Positions 25,001 through 39,914 of a stretch of DNA of 64,000 nt are shown here, piece by piece. The position numbers and the translations under genes are program-made. The first letter of the stretch is position 1. Each line of letters begins with the position of its first letter. The notes beneath the pieces are model-generated. The model saw only the letters and a program-made list of their open reading frames with translations, was not told where the DNA came from and ran no database searches. This stretch comes from Hypanus sabinus (taxonomy: Eukaryota). The stretch spans positions 16,182,001 to 16,246,000 of the forward strand of contig NC_082739.1 in the NCBI RefSeq assembly GCF_030144855.1, in the 5' to 3' direction.

Positions 25001-25930
25001 ATGGGAATAAAGGAGGCTGCCGGTGACTAGTGGTGTGCTGCAGGGGTCATTGTTAGAACCACTCTTTTCACATTATATTTGAATGATTTGGATAAAGGAA
25101 TTGATGGCTTTGCGGCCAAGTTTGTGGACAATACGAAGATAATTGGAGGGGCAGGTAGTGTTGAGGAAGCAGGGTGTCTGCAGAAGAACTTAGACAGATT
25201 GGGCGAAAGAAGTGGCAGATGGAATAGAGTGTAGGGAAGTGTATGGTCACGCACTTTGGCAGAACTAAAGGTGTAGACTATTTCCTAAATGGGGAAAAAA
25301 TTTAAAAATCAGAGGTACAAAGGGATTTGGGAGTTAATTTAAAGTTTAAGTCAGTGGTAAGGAAGCCAAATGTAATGTTAGCATTGACTTTGAGAGGAAT
25401 AGAATGCAAAAGCAACAAAGTATTGCTAAGACTTACCACACTTGGAGTATTGTGAGCAGTTTTGAACCAGCTACGCTGGCATTGGAGAGAGTCCAGAGGA
25501 GGTTCATGAGAATTATCCCAGGAATAGCTCTGGACCTGTACTCACTGGAGTTTAGAAAAGTGACAGGGGATCTCATTGAAGCCTATTGAATATTCAAAGT
25601 CCTAGATAGAGTGAATGTGGAGAGAATGTATATGGGAGTCTGGGACCACAGGGCACAGCATCAGAACTGAGGGACGTCCACTTTGAAAGAGATGAGGAAA
25701 ATATTTCTTTAGCCAGAGGATGGTGAATCTGTGGAATTCAATGCCACGGACAGCTCTGCTGGCCAGTTCATTAGGTATATTTGAGGCAGAGGTTGACAGT
25801 TCTTTGAATAATCAGGGTGTCACAGGTTACGGGGAGAAGGCAGGAGAATGCGGTTGAGGGTAATAAATCAGCCATAATGGGAAGACCGAGCAGACTTGAA
25901 GGACCCAATTACCTAATTCTGCTCCGATGC
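22030..25930 (+). mobile_element. Near full-length decayed CR1 (ORF1 zipper/esterase remnants, APE and RT)
   Basis: ORF1 KCTELQLLRNHIKELELQLD and VVIRNSI (GDS esterase remnant); APE YLNAHSIQN…SELWL; RT SQHGFFKGKSCLTNLLDFFE, FQKTFDKVPH; many stops. Confidence 0.9.
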
Positions 25931-26479
25931 CCCATCATTGAAATGTTTCCTCAAACAATTATCTCATTTTCAAGGCTTCTTTATCTCACTATCTCATGAT
26001 TTTGTTATTTATTCCTATTTATCTATATTTGCACAGTTTGTTGTCTTCTGTGCTCTAGCTGATCTTTCATTGATCCTACTGTAGTTACTATCCTATAGAT
26101 TTGCTGAGTATGCCTACAAGAAAATGAATCTCAGGGTTGTACATGGTGATATATATATGTACTTTGATATTAAAATTTACTTTGAACTTTTGAATTTTGG
26201 TCTATGGCATTTCTAGTAGTGTATACTTTGCAAGCTGACTTTTCTTTATTCAAATGTCAAGGTTTTTTCTTTCAACTCTACTACAATATTGTGATGATAA
26301 ATTTAAATCGAAAAAAGAACGTAATATTTAAACAAATAACAAGTGGCTTTGCATTTCTGTTAATACTCTTACTTATTTTAATTCCAAACTAAGAAAATTA
26401 TGCACGAGATTAATTTTTCAGTAATTAGACCTTGCAAATAGGCTTCAGTTTATGAGAAACCACAAACCCTGCATTTAAA

Positions 26480-26950
26480 ACGTACATCAGGAAACGGATA
26501 TAAATGTAGGACTTGTCCCTGTTTCTATGACGACGGTGGCTGACAGCTGGATGACGATAGGCGCGGCCAAGTCGACGGCTTCGCTCTGCGGAACTCCTCA
26601 GGTGAAACTGGCTGGGGTTGTCGTTTCCTCCTTGAAGAGGAAATTACTTGTGAAAGGGGTGGTGTGGGGTTAATGTCACTGCCGTCCTGGGCGATAAGCG
26701 AGTGCGTCCTGAAGATCGGTTTGGCTTCCGGGGCTTCATCTGGGAGCAGGCCGCGGATAGTCGCTGCAAACCGGCAGTTCGCTGTTAAGCAATTAAATAA
26801 AAACGCAACTGTGCGTGTTATTGGCCCTTACTGCCGTGTTTCTGTTTGCCACGTCAGACCTGACCAGTGCACACTTGGTGAACTCGACCAGCAATGGGAG
26901 TTTACCAATGTGACAGGGTAAAACTTTCCGCGCCTGCAGCAGAACGTATT
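26480..26950 (+). promoter_or_regulatory. CpG island; likely AAMDC promoter and non-coding exon 1
   Basis: Only CpG-rich unique segment upstream of the AAMDC coding exons; candidate donors CAG|GTGAAA (26602) and AGG|GTAAAA (26918); first coding exon is preceded by an acceptor. Confidence 0.65.
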
Positions 26951-27324
26951 TTTGGGTTTTTTTTTGTTCACGTAAACACAGAATGTTCTGCTTTATTTTA
27001 CATTGCTCTTGCTCAGATTTTCATTGGACTTGTATTTCTGTGGAGATACTTCTTTTAACCTGTCTTTTTCCATTTTTTTTTAGCAATAAACTCTCAGCAT
27101 CAGAGTTTTTTTTATTTAATTGCTCAGCAACGAGCTGTTGGTTTGCAGTAACCCAAAACGACCATAATTCCACCCCCCCCCCCATTCGTGCTCGACTCAG
27201 AGTTCCTCCAGCACACTGTTGTTTGCTCCAGATTCCAGCATCTGCAATCTCTTGTGTCTCCTAATGGTTTGCGTTTTAAGTTAGAGAACTGCCAGATAGG
27301 ATTAAAAATAATATTTATTTCTGC

Positions 27325-27995
27325 AGTTCAAAGTTCAAGTTGCTTTTATTGTCATTGCCATAAACTGCTGGTACAGTATGCAGTAAAAATGAAACAACAT
27401 TCCTCCAGGACCCTGGTGCTACATGAAACACAAAAGTACACTAGACAATGTGAGACAGCACAAGGCTACACTAGACTACATAAAACAACAAAAACTGCAC
27501 TAGATTACAGACTTGCACAGGACTGCATAAAGTGCACAAAACAGTGCAGGGCAGTACAATAAATGATAAACAAGACAATAGGCACAGTAGAGGACAAATA
27601 AATGATGTAGATGTCAGTGTAGACTCTGAGTATTGAGGAATCTGATAGCTTGGGGGAAGAAACTTGCAGAGTCTAGTCGTGAGAGCCTGAATGCTTTGGT
27701 GCCATTTCCCAGATGGCAGGAGGGAGAAGAGTTTGTATGAGGGGTGCCTGAGGTCCTTCATAATGCTGTTTGCTTTGCGGATGCAGCGTGTGGCGTAAAT
27801 GTCTGTAATAGCGGGAAGAGAGACCCCGATGATCTTCTCAGCTGCCCTCATTATCCGCTGCAGGGTCTTACAATCCGAGATGGTGCAATTTCTGAACTGG
27901 GCAGTGATGCAGTTGCTCAGGATGCTCTTGATACATCCTCTGTAAGATGGGAGGTGGGAGATGGACTTTTCTCAGCCTTCGCTGAGTGGGCTTTC
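27325..27995 (-). mobile_element. Rex1 LINE 3' fragment
   Basis: ORF 27471..27851 RAAEKIIGVSLPAITDIY…HPSYKLFSLLPSGK; AAGTTC tail repeats. Confidence 0.8.
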
Positions 27996-28934
27996 TTTGA
28001 AGTTACTTTGAAAATATGTGGGATTATCACTGGGTAGCGTTCTTCAGAGTTACATTGCTATTGCTGGGAAAAACTCGTGTCAAATAGCATCTCTGGAGAG
28101 AGAACATCCATTCTTCCACTGATGCTGCTTGACAAGGTGTGTATGATTTTGACTTTGGATTTAAACATCAGAAATTAGTTTGCAGTACGTAAATGGCATA
28201 AAATCTGAGAATGAACCAGAAAAGCGATTTTGAACCATATGATGAAGCCCTTTGTTATTTTCATAAAAGTCATAGACATGGCATAGAATAATGCTTCAGC
28301 TCATCAAGTTACACTGATTGTCAGCTACCCATTTACACAAATCTTGTAGTAACCCTTTTCTATTCTCTTCACATTATAGAACATGGAACAGTACAGGCCC
28401 TTTGCCCCACAATGTTGTGCAGACTGTTTAACCTAGTCTAACCCTTCCCTCCCACATAGCCCTCCATTTTTCTGTCATCCATGTGCCTATCTAAGTATCT
28501 CTTAAATGCCTCTAATGTATTTGCCTGTAACACTACCCCTGGCAGCATGTTCCACACACCTACCATTCTTTTTTTTTAAAAAGCACCTCTGATTTCTGCA
28601 GCATGTTGATGCTTTTCAGCAAAGTCTAGTGGTGGATGTTTACATCTACTGTGGCTCAATGTGTTTTGTTTCCAGGATATAAAACAGTACTATCGAAGTG
28701 TGTATGGGGTGTGTTGAATGGGTGAAGGGTTGGCCTACTTGCACTTGTTAATGAGCTTGAGCTTGGACAAGATGTGATATAATAAATAGTTCTCAAGGGA
28801 TCCATATCGCCACAAGAAAGGTGCAGCAAGATTTTCTAGTGAATGCGAGGGCAGTTAGTGCTAAATGTTTAGAAATCTGGAACTTGCTTTCAAGTCACGC
28901 CTTTCATGATCTCTGATGTGCCAATATATTTCAT

Positions 28935-30645
28935 AGTTCTAAGTAAATTTATTATCAATGTACATATATATCACTATATATAACCAGTGTGCAAAAGATG
29001 ACAAACTATGCAAATACAAAAAAATAAATAAATATGAAGAACATGAGATGAAGAGTACTTAAGTGTTACTCTGTAGGTTGTAGGATTATTTCAGTGATGT
29101 GGCAAGTGAAGTTATCCCCTTTGGTTCAAGAGCCTAATGGTTGAGGAGTAATAACTGTTCCTGAACCTGCTGGTGTGAGTCCTGAGGTTCCTATACCTTC
29201 TTCCTATGAAAAGAGAGCATGACCTGGGTGGTGGAGGACCCTGATGATGGATGCTGCTTTCCTCCAATTATGTTTCGTATTGATGTACTTAAAGGTGGGA
29301 AGGGCTTTACCCATTATGAACTGAGCCATAGCCACTTTCTTTTAACTGTAGAATTTTCCTTTGAAGGGCATTGGTGTGTTCATGCCAGGTTGTGATGCAG
29401 CCAGTCAGTATACTCTCCACCACACGTCTACAGAAGTTTGTCATAGTTTTAGATGTCATACTGACTCCTCACTAATTCTTACGGAAGTAGAGGCACTGCC
29501 ATGCTTTCTTCATGATTGCACTTGCTCAGAACAGGTTCTCCGAAATGATCGCAACAAAGAATTTAAAGTATTTGACTATCTCCACCTCTGATTTCTCCCC
29601 CCCCCCCCCCCCCGATGAGATCTGGCTAATGGACCTCTGATTTCCTCCTTCTGAAGTCGATAATAAGCTCCTGGGTTTTGCTGACATTGAGTGACAGGTT
29701 ATTGTTATGGCACCTCTCAGCCAGATTTTCAATCTCCCTCCTATATGATGCTCATTCGTCACAATCTATGATTTGGCCAATGACTGTGATGTCATCAGCA
29801 TACTTAAATATAGCATTGGACCTGTGCTGATAGAGATCATGAAAGAGATGTTGTTGCCAATCTGAACTGATTGGCGTCTACAAGTGAGGAAATTGAAGAT
29901 CCAGTTGCACAAGGAAGCCTTGAAGCTTATTGATTAATTTTGAGTGCCGAGCTGGAGTCAATAAAGAGAATTCTAATGTATGCATCTTGGCTGTGCAGAT
30001 TTTCCAGGGTTGAACGAAGAGCCAATGCAATGCTATCTGCTGTGAACCTGTTGTGACAGTAGGCAAACTGGAGCAGATCAAAGTTGCTTCTCAGGCACGA
30101 GTTGATGTGTTTCATCACCAACCTCTCAAAACATTTCACCATTGTGGATATAAGTGGTACTGGGCGATCGTCATTGAGGCATGTTACCACATTCATCTTG
30201 GGCACCAGTATAATTGAAGTCTGCTTGAAGCAGGCGGGAACCTCAGACTGCCAAAGCGGGAGGTTAAAGATCTCGGTGAACACTCCAGCCAGTTGATCAA
30301 TGTAGGTCTTTAGTATTTGGCCAGGTACCCCATCTGAGCGCTGGATGCTTTTTGTGGGTTCACCCTCTTGAAGGCTGCTTGCATGTCAGCCTCAGAGACT
30401 GAAATCATAGGATCATCAGGGGGTGTGGGAATTTGTGATGGTTCCTGTACTTTGATAGTCAAAGTGAGCATAGAAGGCATTGAACTCATCTGGAAGCGAA
30501 GCCCTGTTGTTGCCTGTGTCACTTGATTTTACTTTAAGAGGTGATGGTATTGAAGTCCTGCTACAACTATCAAGCATCCTTGTATTGATTCAAGTTTAAT
30601 CCAGAATTGGCATTTCAGCCATGAGATGGCTTTCCAGAGTTCCTT
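28935..30645 (-). mobile_element. Rex1 LINE, decayed RT
   Basis: [49 protein letters not shown]. Confidence 0.85.
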
Positions 30646-31419
30646 TTGCACCATTACTTGTATTATGGGTAAGCTTGTAGTGTCACCAGGTATACTCAGT
30701 ACTTTGTGAAAATAGCCACCATTGATTTTCCTCTCAGGGTGTTGTTCTGCTCTCTTCAGTATCTTCAACTTCAAAATGCTGTCAAAATGTGGGAGCGGAG
30801 TTAGTAGAAAATTGCAGGCCACATACTGGAAGTGTTTGACATCTGTTTTCTTCTCTCCATTAACAATGGTCTCTTTCAACTAGATGTGCACTGAATTTGA
30901 TACTGATTTTGTAGTCTCTTCCATTTTGGAAAAATATAATGGGTAAGGTATTTGTGGAAGAGCTTTGTTCAGATGGCAACGAAACCTGAGATTCTGTCAC
31001 TTAAATTCACTTTCCACCCTTCTATTCACTCCCACCCTGCTAACCTGTTTTTTGGGCTCTCACATTGGTGCAGCAGTGTCCAGTACAGGCCTTCTGTCCC
31101 ATGATGTTGTGCAGACCTCTTAACCTACTCTGAGATCAGTCTAACCCTTCCCTCCCACATAGCCCTCCATTTTTTTTGATCATTTATGTGCCTATCTAAC
31201 AGTCTCTTAAATGTATCTAATGTATCTCCTACCACCACCCCAACCACTTTCTTTAAAAAAAAAACTTTTCTCTGACATTCCCCCTGCCATACATTCCTCC
31301 AGTCGCTGTAAAATTATGCCTCTTTATATTAGCTATCTCCACCCATAGGAAAAAGCCTCTGGTTGTCCACTGGATCTATGCCTCCTGTACACCTATCAAT
31401 TCTATTCTCTTCACCTCAT

Positions 31420-31600
31420 CCTACATTCTACCACTCACCCATACACTATATGATTTACAGTGGTCAATTAACCTACCAACCAGCACCCAAAGGAAAAGTA
31501 TAGTTACAGGGAGAATGTGAAAACTCCATACAGACATCACCCAGGGTCGGAATTGAACCCAGGTCTCTGATCACATGAAGCATTGACTCTGCATCGACTA
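31420..31600 (-). mobile_element. tRNA-derived SINE (V-SINE/HE1-like)
   Basis: Box-B-like GGTTCAATTCC on the minus strand followed by TGTATGGAGTTTTCACATTCTCCCTGT; related copies near 31770-32190 and 45080-45290. Confidence 0.6.
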
Positions 31601-33346
31601 CAAATTAAAATCTTAGTAAATCAAGCTGGCATGTCTTAGAGCCATAAATACAGCACAGAAACAGTCCCTTGGGTCTACTGAATCTGCACTGATGATTAAT
31701 CTTTTTTTTTACACTAACACTATCTTATATTTTCATCCTCCCATCAGCTCCAACCTCATGCCTCCAGATTCTACCTTTCACCTAGTGGCCAACTAATGTA
31801 CCAATGCAGCTGCTTTTAGAATGTGGGGGGCGGGGGGAAGCAAAGAGGCAGAAAAAATTGAAATGTGAGAATTTGCAAACTTCAAGCAGGTGGCACCAGA
31901 GGTCTCTGTTGAACCTGGTCTGCTGGAACTGAGTTGTGGAGGTGTGGAATGCACTGCCTCGGAAGACGATGGAGGCCAATTCTCTGGATGCTTTCAAGAA
32001 GGAGCTAGATAGATATCTGATGGATAGGGGAATCAAGGGATATGGGGACAAGGCAGGGACTGGGTATTGATAGTGAATGATCAGCCATGATCTCAGAATG
32101 GCGGTGCAGACTCGAGGGGCCAAATGGTCTACTTCGGCACCTATTGTCTATTGTGGGGCAGCAGTTCTGTAAATGGTGCCACTGTGCAGCTCCTAATCTT
32201 CCAGTATAAGGATTTACTAACAGCAAATATACTTTTGAAAGAAAGATTGATGAAATGTGTTGGGGTTGAAGTAGGAGTTAGCTACTTAGCATTTGAGATC
32301 GTCATTGAGTTATATTGTGACTGATTTGTGCCTCAACTGTCTATATTTGATATTACATAATTTATAAATTTTTCAGTAAAATATCAATCTCAGACTTGAA
32401 ATTTTTACTTGAACACTAGTACAGAATTTGGATGAAGAATGTATGTTTCCACGATACTATGATACAAGTCTTCCTGCTTTCTTTCCTGAATAGCCTGCTC
32501 TGGGTTTCTGATGGTCTATATTTTTGTTTAGTCTCTTATCCATTTTAGCCTTCTCCAATTCCTACTTCCCAATCAATAACCAACTCCATATCACAAGGTT
32601 AATCCAATTTTGTGCATGTTAAGTTTTGTATATTATTTATCAAAATTAACAAGACATGCTTTGTGAAAATTCCTAAATCAATGTACATAGATGCTCTATT
32701 GTGTAAAATGATGGTAATCTTTCTTAAATGATAAAAGTAAGTTACTCAGACTTCCACTACAGACATGGACAATGGCTTACACATGTAGGATGATCTCGTT
32801 GGGACCCGGATATATGAAGTTAAATGCTGTTTTTGTTTCAAAATTTTATTGCAAGATAAACAAGATGTAATCAGGGTTAGACATTTTTTTTTACACAGCC
32901 GGTACTGGAGGTCTATTTGTATCACCCCTAGTTATTCATTCAATTATTTTTGCTTATTTTCATAACTTGGTGATCAGTTGGTTATTCTGGTGTATCATTT
33001 CTGTTCTTTATTTTCTCTGCCTGTAGTTTTGTCCAATAGTAAGTTAGTCTTTAAGTTGCTGAGGTGATCATCTCCAAATTTGAACAAGCAGGCACTCAGA
33101 TCCATTTTACTCATTTTAAACTGATCCTTTTTTTCCCTTCACATTTAAGAGTGTTTTCCCCTTGGTGTTCAATCTGAAAGCTTGTGTAATATGAGTTTAG
33201 AGTTGGAAATGCTAAATGTAAGTATTGTGGTAGAATAATCAGATAAACACTCCATATTTAAGTGCACCAAATATAGTATATTATGGAGTATACAGTATTG
33301 TATCTTTAGGGAGCTTAGTTGGTTTTCTTTCTTCAACAGTGAGTGA

Positions 33347-33487
<141 letters not shown>

Positions 33488-33745
33488 TGAAATTTGATAT
33501 AGAGTACTGTAAATAATTGTAATAATTGCGCTCTTTTTATGCTGTAACCTATCTGTTACTGAACCTACCTATTCACCCTCAATGTTGCCTTTGCAGTGGC
33601 TTGGCCTCCCAGTTTGAAAAACCTAGACACTTCCAAAAAAAAATCCAGTATATTAATATTATGCCGTATTTTAATAGGGACTCTTCAAGATGTGCAAAAT
33701 CAGTGCTCAGCATTTATATTTGACAAGCAAATAGGAATTTGATAG

Positions 33746-34078
<333 letters not shown>

Positions 34079-35371
34079 TAGAAAGGAATAGAGTCTTGAT
34101 GAAGGACCACAGCTCAAAATGTGATTTATTCCTTTGTATAGATGCTGCCTGGTCTGCTGCATTGCTCCAGCATTGTGTACATGTTACATTAAATAATCAA
34201 GCCTGACTTGTTTGCAGTCTGCAGTTTTAAACTCATTGCTTTTGTTGAATTGCATTCTCTATGTGTTCAGTGGGTCATATTTCAATTTTGATGATAATTT
34301 TGTCAATTAAAATTGTGATTACATCTTTATCATCAAAAGCAAATCAAAGTAACTGCCAAGTGTTACTAACATTTCCCTAATATATCTTGAAGCTGTTGGT
34401 GGCAAATAACACTCTTGAACAATTAGAATGAGACAGGTTTCGTATACACAAAACAAGTTAGTGCCATTTTATTTTTAAAAGTGCCACCTGACTTTCCCTG
34501 GGATGTTTCTTTGTACCTATTTGGATCAAATTGTGGATCATGAGATTGAATCTCATTTATGAGAAAAAGAATGTGGGAAGACAATCATACTCGTGGATCT
34601 TGCCTGGTCCAGCCCATGTTCCACCCTGTCCGATTTCTAATAACAAGTTATTCATTGATGGCTGTACATCAGCCAGTTGATTTGATTGTGAGTTAGAGTA
34701 ACTTGTAGAACAAAGTTAACTTAGTGAAAACAGTATCCATTTCAAGAGTCTAGGAAACCTTTCCAATAAAATGAGTAGAAAAATGCAATAAATGTAGGGT
34801 ACTTAAATTGTATAAACAAAAGGAATCTCAATCTGTAGTCACAAAGGTTGATTGTTAGAGGAATTACCCAATCGTGTCTGCTTGGCAAGCCATTGTGCTG
34901 TCTAATTATTTGGTTAGTTTTGCATTTGTAACCCATGGCTCATTGTATTTTTGCCTCTTGCATCAGTAGGTAGTGAATTCAAGTTCCACTCTCTCAGTCT
35001 GAGTGGGCATTTCATTGTGGTGCTAGGTGAATACAACATTGTCAATTGATGTTGTTCTTGCATAAGGTGTTGGGCCCATGTTTGAATTCTTTTTTATAAA
35101 GGGGATCATCTGATGTGATGTGGAACTCTGAGTGGGTTTGAACTTTTTATCAAATTAAAAATATGGTATTTTGTAACAGCCTCATTAGATATTTTGAATA
35201 TCAGTATGAGAGATTAATCTAGCAGGCATCAATTTATTTTTTTGTTCCATAAACTATTGATTTTTGGTATGATAATCAATACTTTAGAATGATCCATGTT
35301 TATATTTGGTTATGAGTGCAGAGACTTATACAGAAGTAGTTGCTAAATCTAACTTGCGATTTGGGTTTCAG

Positions 35372-35512
35372 GTGCCTGAAGAGACACTGGATTTCATCAG
35401 AAGTAAGGGCATTGATGCTTTCGCTCTACAAACAGAGAAAGCTGTAGCACAGTATAACAAACTGGTGAAAGAAGGGGTTGCTGTTGGAGGGATCTTCCAT
35501 TCAACCTGTTGA
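35372..35512 (+). CDS. AAMDC: AAMDC last coding exon
   Basis: AG|VPEETLDFIRSKGIDAFALQTEKAVAQYNKLVKEGVAVGGIFHSTC*; total 122 aa, ending in the conserved FHSTC. Confidence 0.97.
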   Translation: MPEETLDFIRSKGIDAFALQTEKAVAQYNKLVKEGVAVGGIFHSTC

Positions 35513-35619
35513 ACCATTCCATTCCTGAGGTTAATGACTTGAGCTTACCATAGGAGAATAACTCGCCAAGTTTTGGATGCCAAGTTTTAGTTTTCTCTTA
35601 TGATGTTTTTGATACAAGA

Positions 35620-35780
35620 AATAAAATTTATAATGACTGTAGACTGAAAAGTATAACAGATACTAAAAGATGTTTGTATGTTTAAAGCAGCTCAATATTC
35701 TATGACTTCTACTTCAAAGATTATTTGGGCAGTCATGAAGCCATGTTTACTTTCAATTTTCTGATTGAATGCCTAATAAA
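35620..35780 (+). terminator. AAMDC polyadenylation signals
   Basis: AATAAA at 35620-25 and 35775-80. Confidence 0.6.
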
Positions 35781-36354
35781 CATTTCATAGTGAATACTGC
35801 TAAAACCTTTAGTTGAGCTTTCAAATGACCTTTTCATGCTTTGGATTATAATTGTTGCTAGAAATTTGGAATATTTTCACATGTACTTTTCTACACGCAG
35901 AAGTTGCTATTTTTAAGTGGAAGATCCCGCTGGGTGTAGAAGTGATTTCACCACCCCTCCATGCTAACATAACCAAATGCCTGCTAACTGTCTTCAGTAA
36001 TGAACACTAGTTATGACCTAGGTAACTAGCTTCACAAAATAAATCATAAATCACAATCAGTAAGCTCTCTGACAGTGATCAATGAACTGTTCATTAAGAA
36101 CTGAACTATTCATTAAACTGACAGCGTGGAACATCACCTAAATAAGGTCAAAATAAATAGTTTTGTTCTTGAGCTGCTAATATATCATCTCATGGCCAGA
36201 TAGTAAATAATGACCCTAAATTCATCACAATTTATGCTGATGTATCTAATAATGATTTCTTTAGGTATTTTGAATGGCAATATTAGAATTATTAAAACAT
36301 TACAAATTGCTCTGTTACACCAATACCACCCAAGTAAGTTATTTTATGTCTTTC

Positions 36355-39240
36355 ACTATTGGGGGGGGGGGGTTAAACTAGAGTTGCGGGGTATGGGAAC
36401 CAGAATGTCAGAACAGTTAGTGGTGAGGTTATGAAGACAGATTTTGTGTTAAGACCTCAGAAGAAATCAGGAATCAAAAGTTTGAGCATGGTGGGACTAA
36501 TGCTCTGAGCTGTGTATGTTTCAATGCAAGAAGTATTGTAGGAAAGGCAGATAAGCTCAGGGCATAGATCGACACATGGAATTATGATATTGTAGCCATC
36601 ACTGAGACTTGACTGCAGAAGGGGCAGGACTGGCTGCTCAGTATTCTGGGGTCCTGGTGTTTTAGATGTGACAGAGTGGGAGGGATTAAAGGGAGAGGGG
36701 TGGTGTTACCAGTCAGGGAAAATGTCTCGGCAGTGCTCAGACAGGACGAGCTGGAGAACTCATCTAGTGAGGTTTTATGGGTGGAACTGAGGAACAAGAG
36801 AGTTATGACCACTTTTATGGACCACCCAACAGTTTACAGGATTTAAAGGAACAAATTTGTAGAGAGATTGCAGATTGTTGTAAGAAGCATAAGGTTGTGC
36901 ACAAGGAAGCATAAGGTAGGTGAATTTCACTTTACACATATTGACTGGAACTCCCATATTGTGAAAGGACCAGATGGGATAGAGTTTGTCAAATATATTC
37001 AGGAAAGTTTTCTTAATCAGTACATAGATATCCCAAAGAGAGAGTGTGCGACACTTGATCTCCTATCGGGGAATGAGACAGGGCAGGTTACAGAAGTTTG
37101 TGTTGGGGAACACTTTGCATCGAGTGACCATAATGCCATTAGTTTCAAAGTAAATATGAAAAAAGATAGGTCTGGTCCGCGGGTTGAGATTCTAAATTGG
37201 AGAAAGACCCATTTTGATGATATTGTGGATCTGGTGAGTGTGGATTGGGACAGGCTGTTTTCTGGCAAAGCTGTACCAGAAAACAACCTTTAAAAGTGGC
37301 GTATTGAGAGTACAAAGCTTGTATGCCTCTGTCAGAATAAAAGTAGAGATAACAGATCAAGGCCCTAGTTAATAAAAAAGAGGTGCCTAGCAGATATAGG
37401 CAGGTAGAAACAAATGAGGTACTTATGAAATGCAAGAGAACACTTGAGGAGGAAATTGTGTTAAAAGAATGCATGAGGTTGCCCTAGCTGACAAGGTGAA
37501 GGAGAATCATAAGGGATTATACAGATATGTTCAGAGCAAAAGGATTGCAAGGGCAATTGAAGGTCAGAATGGTAATCTGTGCGTGGAGTAAAAGAGATGG
37601 GGGAGATCGTAAATGGATTTTTTTCAATCTGTATTTACTTAGGAAACATTCACAGAGTCTATAGAAATGAGGCAAAGCAGCAGCAAGGTCATGGACCCTA
37701 TAGAGATTACAAAGGAGGAGATGTTTATTGTCTTGAGGCAAATTAGGGTGGATAAATCCTCAGGGCCTGACAAGGTGTTCCCTTGTACCTTGTGGGAGGC
37801 AAGTGCAGAAATTGAAGGGGCCCTAGCAGAGATATTTAAATCATCCTTAGTGACAGGTGAGGAACCAGGGATTGGAGGATAGCTAATGTTTCAAGAAACC
37901 GAGAAATTATAGGCTGGAGAGCCTGACATCAGTAGTGGGAAAGTTACTGGAAGGCATTCTAAGGGACTGGATATATGAGTATTTGGATAGACATGGACCG
38001 ATAAGGGAGAGTCAATACGACTTCATGCATGGTAAATCGTGTCTAACTAATCTTATAGAGTTTTTTAAGGAAGCTACCAGGAAAGTTGATGAAGGCAAGG
38101 CAGTGGATATTGCCAAGATGGACTTTAGTAAGGCATCTGGCAAGGTCCTGCATGTGAGGTTGGTCAAGAAGTTTCAGTCGCTCGGCATTCAAGATGAAGT
38201 AGTAAATTGAATTAGACATTGGGTTTGTGGGAGAAGCCAGCGAGTGGTAGTAGATGGCTGTCTCTCTGACTGGAGGACTGTGACCAGTGGAGTGCCACAG
38301 GGATCAGTGCTAGGTCTGTTGTTGCTTGTCATTTATATCAACTTCCTGGATGATAATGTGATAAACTGTCACAGCAAATTTGCAGATGACACCAAGATTG
38401 GAAGTGCAGTGGACAGCAAGGAAGTCCATCAGAACCTGCAGTGGGATTTGGGCCAGCTATAAAAATGGGCTGAAAAATGGCAGATGGAATTTAATACAGA
38501 CAAGTGCAAGGTGTTGCACTTTGGTAGGACCAACCAAGGTAGGTCTTACACAGTGAATGGCAGAGCACTGAGTAGCATGGTAGAACAAAGGGACCTAGGA
38601 ATACAGGTCCAGAAGGTAGAAAGGGTCGTAAAGGAAGCTTCTGGCACATTGGCTTTCATAAATCAAAATATTGAGTACAGGAGATGTAATACATTGGTGA
38701 GGCCTAATTTGGAGAATTGAGTGCAGTTTTGGTCACCTACCTGCAGGAAAGATGTATATAAGGTTAAAAGAGTGCAGAGAAAATTTACCAGGATGGTGCC
38801 ATAACTTGAGGACCTGAGTTATAAGCAAAGATTGAATAGGTTAGGACTTTATTCCTTGGAACATACAAGATTAAGGGGAAATTTGATAGAGGTATGCAAA
38901 ATTATGAGGGTATAGATAAGGTAAATGCAAGCAGGCTTTTTTCTCTGAGGCTGATCAGGACTACAACTAGAGGTCATGGGTTAAGGGTGAAAGTTTAAAG
39001 GGAAAATGAGGGAAACTTCTTCACTCAGAGGGTGGTGAAAGTGTGGAACGTGCTGCTAGTACAAATGGTGGATGTGATTTTGATTTCAACATTTAAGAGA
39101 AGCTTTGATAGGTACATGAATTGGAGGGCTATGGTCCGGGAGCAGGTCGATTGGGATTAGGCACTTTAAATGGTTTGGCGTGGACTAGATGTGCCAAAGG
39201 ACTTGTTTCGGTGCTGTATTTTTCTATAACTCCACACTCT
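36355..39240 (+). mobile_element. CR1 LINE, ORF2 nearly complete but decayed
   Basis: APE (FNARSI, SDHNAISF) and RT (KSCLTNLIEFF, SGVPQGSVLG, KFADDTKIG) motifs with stops and frameshifts. Confidence 0.92.
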
Positions 39241-39914
39241 GTCTGGGGCACAAGATATGAGCAGAGAGGTTTTCCTATACCTTTATGTTGGTTAGGCCAC
39301 AAATGAAGTTCTATATGCTGTACCAGTCACCAGACCAAGGGGAAAATGCAGTAGTGCTGGAGAGGGTGCAGAAGAGATCCACTAGAATGTTGTCTGGGAT
39401 GGCGGATTTCAGTTATGAGGAAAGACTGGAGAAGCTGAGTTTGTTTTCCTCGGAGTAGAGGAGATTAATGAATGACTTATGTAAAATTATAGACAGTGTA
39501 GAATATTGGGAAGAAGTTTAGAGGGGGCTTGAAATCTGCAACACACATCCTGAGTCATTGATGGAAATGGGTACTTCCACACATTTGAGGAGGATCGGGA
39601 TAAGCATTGAAATGGCAAGGTATGGAATGCTACAGACCAATTTTTGGTAAATATGATTAGCCTAGATTGGCAATTCATCATCAATATGGACATGAATGGC
39701 CTATTTCTAGGCTGTATGTGTCTATGAACAAAGGTGCAATTAACAGTGACACAAATAATTTGCTCAATTTTGGTTTACTGCCATAGAAGTGTTCACTTAA
39801 AAATCTCTGTAATAAAGCAGGTGAAGAGTTGGAATTTAAGGAAATAGTCTGTGGTTTGTCTTGATGCTTTCCACTAACAGGGGTAACTGATCTTCTCTTG
39901 AATCTTTATTTAGT

